DNA of 16,660 nt from Leptospiraceae bacterium. GTDB taxonomy: Bacteria > Spirochaetota > Leptospiria > Leptospirales > Leptospiraceae. The stretch is from NCBI GenBank assembly GCA_016711485.1, contig JADJSX010000013.1, positions 214,889-231,548 on the forward strand, written 5' to 3'. Shown here piece after piece: positions 1-6,545 of the stretch (its first letter is position 1; every line of letters starts with the position of its first letter). The notes below the pieces were generated by a model that saw only the letters and a list, made by a program, of their open reading frames with translations, ran no database searches and was not told the origin of the DNA. The translations under genes were made by a program, and so were the position numbers.

Positions 1-367
1 CAAGTTTAAAGAAAATCGAAAGAATATTTTATTTCTAAGTAAAAAACAACTGCAAGAAATTGAGGATCGAATAGCATTCTTAATCCATGCGACTAAAAAT
101 TTAAATCTCTTCAATGTATCGCTTACGGATATTCGTTGTATTGCGTATGGTTGGATTTTGGATGTGCCCGTTGTCACGGAAGATAAAGATATGACTAAAT
201 TGGCAAATGAATTTGAAATAAAAATTATTAAAACTTTAGATCTTATTAAACTAATGTATCATGCCAAATATGTATCAAAACAAAAATTATTAGAATTAAA
301 AAAATATTTAAAGTCAATAAATGAATATCCTAAATCATACGATATTTTTTTTAATTCAATTCAGTGA
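1..367 (+). CDS. 3' end of a gene continuing upstream of the window. The C-terminal region resembles a PIN-domain nuclease: the motif VVTEDKD matches the C-terminal T-x-D acidic motif of PIN/VapC.
   Basis: Frame 2 is open from base 2 to the TGA at 365-367, with no in-frame ATG before the ORF-track TTG at 158. The sequence ...SLTDIRCIAYGWILDVPVVTEDKDMTKL... is PIN-like. The stop lies 12 bp before the start of the next gene, suggesting an operon. Confidence 0.45.
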   Translation, partial: KFKENRKNILFLSKKQLQEIEDRIAFLIHATKNLNLFNVSLTDIRCIAYGWILDVPVVTEDKDMTKLANEFEIKIIKTLDLIKLMYHAKYVSKQKLLELKKYLKSINEYPKSYDIFFNSIQ

Positions 368-1191
368 GGAATCCCAAACATGTCCATTACCTTTTATAAA
401 ACTCACGAAAAACAACTTGAGAAAATTCTACAAGACTATAAAAAGAAAATTTCCAAATCGGATAACGAACTATTTACCGATCCATCCATTTCTCATTTTA
501 AAAGATTTGAAACTGAATTATTTAAACACAAACTTCGCCCTTACCAAATGGAAGCGCTGTATATTCTAGATGCTCTCTACACTCAAAGTAAATCCGATAA
601 GGATATAAAGAAACTCTATGAAAAACTTTTAGAGTCACACGGAAAAGAAAATCCAGTTAAGATTCCTTTTATTGGCTATGAAATGGCAACCGGATCAGGC
701 AAGACAACGCTAATGGGGGCATGTATCTGTTATCTGCTAGAGCAAGGAATTAAAAACTTTCTAATCATTACACCAAAGTCCTTGGACATATACAATAAAA
801 CAATTCGCAATTTCACAAAAGGGGGAGCTGATTCTATTTGGGATAGAGAAGCGCCTGTTAAGTTTAATCTAATAACAGGAGATGATTACAACCATTTACA
901 ATTTAATTCTGATAAGGACTTTAATTTATTTATTTTCAACATTGACAAATTCGGTCCCAATGCAAACAAAACATCGAAAGAGTGGGAGAGTTCTTACTTC
1001 AAAGATAAGAACGGAAATACGATCAGCGTAAAAGAATTTTTAGAAAATGAAGACCTTGCTATTATAACGGATGAAGCTCATCACTCACAAAGTCAGAGTG
1101 CTGGTGGTTCGGGAAATATTAGAGTTGTTGCAAAATTAGAAATATCCTAAAAAAAGCTTGTACAAAAACAATCGAGTTATTTATTTTCTGT

Positions 1192-1563
1192 ATGAAGAAT
1201 ATAGAAAAGATATTAAAAAAGAAACGACTTTGTCAGGCATTGACAGGAGTATCGCCTGAAAAAATTTATGAAAGTCTTCCCTATTTTGAAATTGAATTAG
1301 AAAAACATGACAAGAAAGAAAAGAAATCATCGAAAGGAAGAAAAACTGAACTAACAAATTCGTTAGAGAAATTATTTTTCATTCTATACTATGTAAAATG
1401 CTATCCCACATTCGATGAAGCAGGCTTTTTCTTTGGCGTCGATAAAGGAACAGCAAATCGGTGGGTTCATAAGTATTCGAAAATACTAGAGTCTACTTTA
1501 AAAACAATGATGCTATTACCCGCACGAAAGCCTAAAAAGATTACTGATAAATTGAAAAGATGA
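1192..1563 (+). CDS. IS transposase OrfA (N-terminal HTH part of a DDE_Tnp_4 transposase).
   Basis: 123-aa ORF. The motif ...LFFILYYVKCYPTFDEAGFFFGVDKGTANRWVHKY... is typical of the N-terminal region of IS5/Harbinger-type transposases. It ends at a TGA overlapping the -1-frame start of the catalytic part. Confidence 0.7.
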   Translation: MKNIEKILKKKRLCQALTGVSPEKIYESLPYFEIELEKHDKKEKKSSKGRKTELTNSLEKLFFILYYVKCYPTFDEAGFFFGVDKGTANRWVHKYSKILESTLKTMMLLPARKPKKITDKLKR

Positions 1564-2195
1564 AAGAAAATAATGAAGAAATTTTTATTGATGGAACTGA
1601 AAGACCCAGAAGAAGACCGAAAAATAAGGATATTCAAAAAGAAAACTATTCAGGAAAAAAGAAACGGCATACAGTTAAAAATTTAGTTATTACAAATCGA
1701 AAAAAAGAAATCTTATATACCCTTCGCCAAAAGTAATTTCCCTTTTTGTAAAAAATAGGGTATTCCCAAACGCCAAAAATAAGACTCTTTTAAAAACGAA
1801 TGGGTAATTACTTTTGGCGTTTGGTATATTTATCTAACACAGTGCAAGGCTCAATGCATGATTTCGTATTGATGAAAGAAACACTAGTCAAAAATTATCT
1901 TCCGTCCGAAATGAAAGTTTATGTCGATACTGGATTTCTAGGCTTCCAAAAACTAAGTCCTGATCTAAATATCTTTATGCCTAAAAAGAAACCTAAATCT
2001 AGAACTCTTTTTCAATACGAAAAAAAACAGAATAGAAAGATTTCAAAACTTAGAATTCTCGTTGAACATGCAATAGGCGGCATAAAGAGACTTCGCGGAG
2101 TCACTGATGTATTTAGAAACATCAAAAAAGGATTTTCAGATTTAATCATGAATATATGCTGCGGATTATGGAATTTAAACTTGAAAAAATTTTAG
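1560..2195 (+). pseudogene. IS transposase OrfB (DDE catalytic domain, -1 frame relative to OrfA), disrupted by a MITE insertion that introduces a stop at 1735-1737.
   Basis: Frame 1560+3k reads MKENNEEIFIDGTERPRRRPKNKDIQKENYSGKKKRHTVKNLVITNRKKEILYT, then a stop inside the inserted element. The same frame resumes as VYLSNTVQGSMHDFVLMKETL...YVDTGF...ILVEHAIGGIKRLRGVTDVFRN, giving the DDE triad (D in IDGTE, D in YVDTGF, E in VEHAIGGIK) and the family signature SGKKKRHT. Confidence 0.7.
1717..1828. mobile_element. MITE-like ~110-bp non-autonomous element (copy A) nested inside the IS transposase gene.
   Basis: Imperfect ~26-bp terminal inverted repeats: left 1715-1740 TATACCCTTCGCCAAAAGTAATTTCC, and the reverse complement of the right end 1803-1829 ATATACCAAACGCCAAAAGTAATTACC. 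An internal third copy of the repeat core (1761-1785 TATTCCCAAACGCCAAAAATAAG) forms a perfect 13-bp hairpin with the right end. It is flanked by a TA/TAT duplication (TATATA / TATAT). Removing 111 bp restores an uninterrupted transposase (…EILY-LSNTVQGSMHDF…) that matches DDE_Tnp_4 spacing. Confidence 0.6.
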
Positions 2196-4711
2196 ACTAA
2201 CATAAAATCGAATTTTGCAACAACTCTATTATAAAAAACTTTCATCCCAAAGTAGTATTGGAATTTACCGCAACTGCTTTAGAAGATACAAAGTCAGACG
2301 AGAAACGTGCTCAAAAGGTCGTTTATAAGTATGATATCAGAAAATTCTTAGAACAAAAATATGGAAAACGAATAAAAGCAGTTGCACTGGATACCGAATC
2401 CATTAAACGAACAAAGAAAACGGAAATTCCTGACTCAGAAAAATGGAAGCTAATTACATTATACCTCTTTCATATTCTAAAAAAGAAAGCCTTACTTTTA
2501 TCAGAGAGCACAAAAAATTTAAAACCATTGGCTCTAATCAAAGTAAAAGATGATTCGATTTATGCAAAAAAAATCTATGACTATATTATAAATGAACTCC
2601 CAAATGATGAATCCAATATAAAAATCATATTAGAGAAAATTAAGACAGAAGAAATAGATGTTGTTCCTACTCTTAAAGCTGTTCTAGAAGATTTATTTCA
2701 ATTCGATCTAACCAAAATTAAAAAAGAATTAGAACGATTGATTGTGGCAAAAACTTTACTTTATTCAGGAGATTTGGACAAAGAACAAAAAGAGGGATTC
2801 CTAAAAATCCAAACTAACTTATACGAAAGCATTGTTTTTATTAAACGTCTAGACGAAGGAATTGATTTACCGAATATTTACACCATTGCTGTTATCAACG
2901 ACAATGAATCAGACTTTAAAACTTCGGTTAAGCAGATTATTGGTCGCGGCGTTCGACTGCCAAAGTTAACAAGAGAATATGATGAGGAACACGATTTATT
3001 ACAAGCTCAATCAGAAATTCTACATATAATATGCGATAGAGGCAAGAATTTTGAAAAAATCATCGAGGACATTAAGGCTGAATTTGATTTGAATGAATTT
3101 TTATTTTCTAACAATTCTAAGCATAAAGTCACAATAACCAACATTGTAAAAAAACATTTACTGAAAGATAAAAAAATTCCAATCATTAAAGCATCTGATA
3201 AAATAAAGAAAGATGTAACATTAGACGGACTCATGTCAGATACGGATGCAATCGTGAACTCATATATTCAACATAATTGCACGCCAAATCCTGATAAGTC
3301 GAGAGTTTACTTAAAATTTGCCCCTACTTCTTTTTTCACAATTATAGATATTTTCTCTGATGATTTCACTTTCTTAAAGGCAATGGAAGAAAAAGGAATA
3401 CCGTCCGAAAAATTTCAAATCAATGAGGATGATTATAAGGAGATTTATACAAGGATTGTAAAAAAAGTTCCTCATATACCAGATAGTGCGAAATACAAAG
3501 ATTATTTTAAAAAATACATTGATCATCTAGTTCAAAAAGATTTTTATTTTTTTAAATCAGACGACGCGGATAAAGAAATTGCTAAAAGGAAATTCAAAGA
3601 TTCATTTTGTTATTTTTTTGATAACTATATTCACAAACATTATTACCAACCAGATTATAAACAAATTCATGAAGACCAATATTTAGAATTGGAAGATATT
3701 TTTAAAGATGTAGAAATTTCTATTCAGCAAGATGCGATAGGATCTAAACAAAAGAAAAAATTAGAAACCTTAGTTCATGATTTTGCAAAAATGGCAGAAC
3801 TAGTCAAACAAGGTCATTATTTTAATGGATATAAATACTCTTTATATGATTACACAAGATTTGATTCTTATACAGAAAAACAATTAGCGGATTACTTGGA
3901 GGAACTGATTGGAAAATTAGAAAATCCAGAACAATATTTTTGGGTAAAAAGTGAACGGCAGTTTAGTTTTCAATATGGTAACCAAAGATACTTTCCGGAT
4001 TTTTTATTTCATTATTCTGATATGATGAATATTATCGAGACGAAAGCAGAGCCGTTTTCAAATCAAAAGAAAAATGCACTGTTAGAAAAAGTAAATGAAA
4101 TAGATGGGTATCGCGGAATTTTAATTTACTCTGATAAAATGGATGATATCCAAAAACAAAATAATGATGTTCCTTTTGAAGATTTACTTGGAGTTTCGAA
4201 GCAGTCATTCAAATATGAAAAATATAAAAATCATCTTATCTATAGTATAGAAGAGAATTTAAAGTTCACTGAATTTTTACCTTTCTATTCCGTGAAAGCA
4301 GCCGCAGGTGCGTTTAGTGAATCGCAAGAAGCTAATCCTGAAGGATGGCTTCCAGTAAAAAAAGGCAAATATTCCAAAACATCTTTTGTGATTCAGGTCA
4401 AAGGTCATTCAATGAGTCCAAACATTTTCGATGGAGATCTTTGTATTTTTGACAATCATTTCGTTGGTTCAAAAAATGAAAAAACCGTATTGGTGCAACA
4501 TAGAGACATTTTTGATCCAGATAACGGAGGAAAATATACCGTTAAGCGTTACTACAGTAAGAAAATTCAATCAGAAGAAGAATTGATTGGAAACTATAGA
4601 ATAGAATTAAAACCAACTAATTCTAATTACAAATCTATTATTCTTGAAAAAGCATTAGAGGCTGAAATTAAATTTATAGGAGTCTTTGTAGATACAGTAG
4701 CATTACCTCAA

Positions 4712-4737
4712 GCCGAATAAAGATTCGGCATTTTTTT
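4712..4737 (+). terminator. Rho-independent terminator of the helicase-nuclease-peptidase gene.
   Basis: Stem GCCGAAT (4712-4718), loop AAAG, stem ATTCGGC (4723-4729), followed by a T7 run (4731-4737). The stop codon TAA lies inside the stem-loop. Confidence 0.55.
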
Positions 4738-4841
4738 CTTTTTCATGGAATTGTACAAAAAATTGTAAATTTAATTCAATTAGTAAATTATTTTTATTTT
4801 TTTTATTTGTAATTCATCTTCCATGTAAAAATAATTATCTC

Positions 4842-5933
4842 ATGAACTCCAAACCCACCGGCATCTCTACTCCAACATACAACTCCATCCTAAAAGACAT
4901 CTCCCTCATTTACGAAAACGCACAAAGTGAAGGTGATGGAAATTGGAACAAAACAAATCTATTCGCTCACTGGAAAATCGGAGAAAGGATAATCGAAGTC
5001 GAACAAGGGCAAAAAGAAAGAGCGGCTTACGGGGATATGGTGCTAAAGCAACTTTCAAAAGATTTGAACAGAAAGTTTGGAAAAGGATTTTCAGATAGAA
5101 ACTTGCGGTATATGAGAAAGTTCTATCAGACCTACAAAATGAAAGAAGTGCAATCAGTTCTATCGTGGAGTCATTATCGGGAATTGTTACTTGTGGATGA
5201 TTCTTCGGTGAGAATAAAGCTAGAAAACCAAGCGATTCGGGAACGGTGGTCACAACTAGAATTACAAAAACGGGTTAAATTAGCTATAGCCGGTAAAGGC
5301 GAAAAAACAGAGTCAGAAAAGCAAGATGAGCCAATAAAAGACAGTTTGAAACGACCATTGATGAGGCTCTATTTATACCGCACTTTACGAAAATTTTCGT
5401 CAGATTTGGAACAGTCTGTTCCAAATCTGGATCTAGGTTTTTCGATTCGTTTAAAGGTTAATAGATATTATGCGTTTTTATCTTCAAATGGGAGTGATTT
5501 GAATAAACTCAAAGTCGGTTCGGTGATTGAGTCACGGAAGAAAGGTAATTCGTATTATTTTGAGTCTATTTCTAGCAGCAAAGAGATGTTTACCTACAAA
5601 GCTTATTTGGAGAGAGTTATTGACGGAGATACTTTGCTTGTTACTATTGATTTGGGTTTTTCGGTTTTCATTGAGCAAAGGTTGCGGCTGCGTGGATTAA
5701 ACGCTCCTGAGCTTGGGACAAGTAAAGGTAACGCGACGAAGAAATTTGTAGAGTCTCGTTTAATGGATTGTGATTTTTTGATTATTAAAACTCACGGAGC
5801 TGACAAATACGATCGTTATTTGGTGGATGTATTTTATTTGGGGGGTGTGGATAATGAGGATAAGGTTTTACGAGATGGGACTTTTTTGAATAATGAGTTG
5901 TTGGAAGAAGGATTGGTTGGCTTTGTGACCTAA
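4842..5933 (+). CDS. Fusion protein: a DUF1016_N (YhcG-like N-terminal) domain joined to a staphylococcal-nuclease (SNase/thermonuclease)-like domain.
   Basis: N-terminal region ...ERAAYGDMVLKQLSKDLNRKFGKGFSDRNLRYMRKFYQTY... matches the DUF1016 N-terminal consensus. C-terminal region ~5617-5930, VIDGDTLLV...RLRLRGLNAPELGT...KYDRYLVDVFYLGG, matches SNase motifs (V.DGDT, RL.GIDAPE, D.YGR). Confidence 0.75.
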   Translation: MNSKPTGISTPTYNSILKDISLIYENAQSEGDGNWNKTNLFAHWKIGERIIEVEQGQKERAAYGDMVLKQLSKDLNRKFGKGFSDRNLRYMRKFYQTYKMKEVQSVLSWSHYRELLLVDDSSVRIKLENQAIRERWSQLELQKRVKLAIAGKGEKTESEKQDEPIKDSLKRPLMRLYLYRTLRKFSSDLEQSVPNLDLGFSIRLKVNRYYAFLSSNGSDLNKLKVGSVIESRKKGNSYYFESISSSKEMFTYKAYLERVIDGDTLLVTIDLGFSVFIEQRLRLRGLNAPELGTSKGNATKKFVESRLMDCDFLIIKTHGADKYDRYLVDVFYLGGVDNEDKVLRDGTFLNNELLEEGLVGFVT

Positions 5934-5971
5934 CCCCAATTTTTTATTACTTGGTTTACTTTTACAATGAA

Positions 5972-6034
5972 GCCCCTTCCCTAATCCTATTTTTGTATCT
6001 CCTGCTGTTAAATAGAGAGCTTCAGGGAAGGGGC
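5972..6034. repeat. GC-rich inverted repeat or hairpin (11-bp stem GCCCCTTCCCT / AGGGAAGGGGC, 41-nt loop) downstream of the DUF1016-SNase gene.
   Basis: 5972-5982 is the exact reverse complement of 6024-6034. There is no following U-run, so it is not a canonical intrinsic terminator. Confidence 0.5.
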
Positions 6035-6148
6035 AACTTGTGAGTATTCTATTGGAGTAAAAAACTAGAACTAAGAAAAGGTCTTAATGGAGCATTGCGA
6101 AGTGTTAAAGAGAAAAAGTCTGAGCTGCGGGTTTTCTTTTCTTTTTTG

Positions 6149-6195
6149 CTTACTTTTTTCTTTTCTTTTTCATAAAAGAAAAGAAAAAAGTAAGA
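6149..6195. repeat. Perfect ~21-bp polypyrimidine/polypurine inverted repeat (hairpin) with a 5-nt loop.
   Basis: CTTACTTTTTTCTTTTCTTTT (6149-6169), loop TCATA, AAAAGAAAAGAAAAAAGTAAG (6175-6195). Confidence 0.6.
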
Positions 6196-6268
6196 ATCCC
6201 CCCACGGGAGTGGAGATAATAAAGATCTCCCCCACTGGGCAGCGGTAATAAAAAATAATCTCCCTCTG
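6195..6268. repeat. Imperfect tandem direct repeats with C5-6 cores (AATCCCCCCACGGGAGTGGAGATAATAAAG / ATCTCCCCCACTGGGCAGCGGTAATAAAAAAT / AATCTCCCTCTGAG...).
   Basis: Two or three adjacent units of ~30 bp share ATCTCCCCCAC-GGG followed by an A-rich tail. The C/G-rich cores stand out in an AT-rich genome. Confidence 0.45.
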
Positions 6269-6312
6269 AGAAAAGAAAGTCCGACAACGACGACGCGTTA
6301 GGGATCGAACGA

Positions 6313-6348
6313 TGTCATCTTTTTTTATCTTTTTGAAAAAAGATGACA
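6313..6348. repeat. 13-bp inverted repeat or hairpin (TGTCATCTTTTTT / AAAAAAGATGACA) with a 10-nt loop.
   Basis: 6313-6325 is the reverse complement of 6336-6348. Confidence 0.5.
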
Positions 6349-6503
6349 ATAGTGAGAGCCCGGCGCATTTAACGAAAGAATAAATCAAAATAAAAATTAG
6401 TTAAGCTAAAACTTTAAATGCGCAACGCCCCAAAAAAAGTAATAAATTCAAGGTTTCTAATTACCACCGGAAACAAGGATATTAAAATCTCTTTCCACTA
6501 AAA

Positions 6504-6533
6504 TTCTACTTGCTTGTAAACAAATCTTACAAT
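6504..6533 (+). promoter_or_regulatory. Weak candidate sigma70-type promoter for cstA (-35 TTCTAC, 18-nt spacer, -10 TACAAT).
   Basis: TACAAT at 6528-6533 lies 13 nt upstream of ATG 6546. No SD is visible, so the transcript would have a very short leader or be leaderless. This call is speculative. Confidence 0.2.
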
Positions 6534-6545
6534 GCTTAGTAAAGC

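Larger units (their letters stand above)
1116..2232 (+). mobile_element. IS5-family (DDE_Tnp_4, IS427/IS1031-like) insertion sequence of ~1.1 kb, inserted into the helicase gene and itself carrying a nested MITE.
   Basis: Terminal inverted repeats: 1116-1137 ATATTAGAGTTGTTGCAAAATT and the reverse complement of 2211-2232 ATAATAGAGTTGTTGCAAAATT. The core 18 bp is perfect and the 22-bp span has 1 mismatch. The repeats flank a two-frame DDE transposase. Exact ends and target-site duplication cannot be resolved by eye. Confidence 0.8.
380..4720 (+). pseudogene. Type III restriction Res-like SF2 helicase with a PD-(D/E)xK nuclease and a C-terminal LexA-like S24 peptidase domain, interrupted by an IS insertion at about 1116..2232. 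The N-terminal fragment is 380..~1117. The C-terminal fragment is ~2231..4720, open from 2201, with ORF-track start at 2258.
   Basis: N-terminal fragment: LRPYQ, Walker A ATGSGKT, motif Ia IITP, motif II ITDEAHH, plus an SD GAGGAA 9 nt before ATG 380. After the IS: motif III LEFTATA and motif VI QIIGRGVRL (~2932-2958). PD-(D/E)xK core YFPDFLF...IIETKAE (~3989-4048). S24 domain ~4285-4700: KAAAGAF (LexA VAAGEP-like Ala-Gly site), VKGHSMSPNIFDGDLCIFD (LexA SGMSM...DGDL-like Ser motif) and YTVKRY (Lys dyad). The N and C pieces are in the same frame if 1118..2230 (1113 bp, a multiple of 3) is removed. Confidence 0.8.

Noticed and set aside
380-1150. Treating the 256-aa ORF 380..1150 as a complete small helicase-like gene ending ...NIRVVAKLEIS.
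   Set aside because: Its last 11 codons are read from the IS left inverted repeat, and the helicase motifs III-VI continue after the IS in the matching frame. It is therefore the N-terminal fragment of the disrupted large gene, not a standalone protein.
1154-1185. Alternative IS boundary based on the weak similarity CTTGTACAAAAACAATCGAG versus the reverse complement of 2205-2228.
   Set aside because: It is superseded by the far stronger 18- to 22-bp near-perfect repeats at 1116-1137 and 2211-2232. The weaker match lies inside the element.
1110-2240. Attempt to define the target-site duplication of the IS (candidates AT/TAT versus TTA, or TAAAAAA versus ATAAAAAA).
   Set aside because: The flanks are AT-rich and no unambiguous direct repeat abuts the terminal repeats. 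The duplication cannot be assigned without an empty-site reference.
3007-3234. Antisense and overlapping short ORFs from the six-frame track: 3007..3234(-), 4906..5253(-), 321..569(+), 7592..7780(+), 8039..8407(+), 9819..10037(-), 10701..10943(-), 11400..11597(-), 11464..11709(-), 12151..12354(-), 15453..15662(+), 15636..15860(-), 15972..16181(-), 16212..16412(-).
   Set aside because: Each lies entirely inside a longer ORF on the same or the other strand that has clear domain content. Their sequences are low-complexity, as expected for AT-rich DNA, and none has a plausible RBS context.
6285-6312. tRNA-like T-loop sequence GTTCGATCC on the minus strand (GGGATCGAAC on the plus strand).
   Set aside because: The flanking bases cannot form a T-stem or acceptor stem, so there is no cloverleaf. 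This is probably a chance match.
6170-6388. 72-aa minus-strand ORF in the large intergenic region.
   Set aside because: It spans the polypurine/polypyrimidine hairpin and the C-rich direct repeats. Its translation is dominated by repeat-derived low-complexity residues. It is more likely non-coding structured DNA or RNA.
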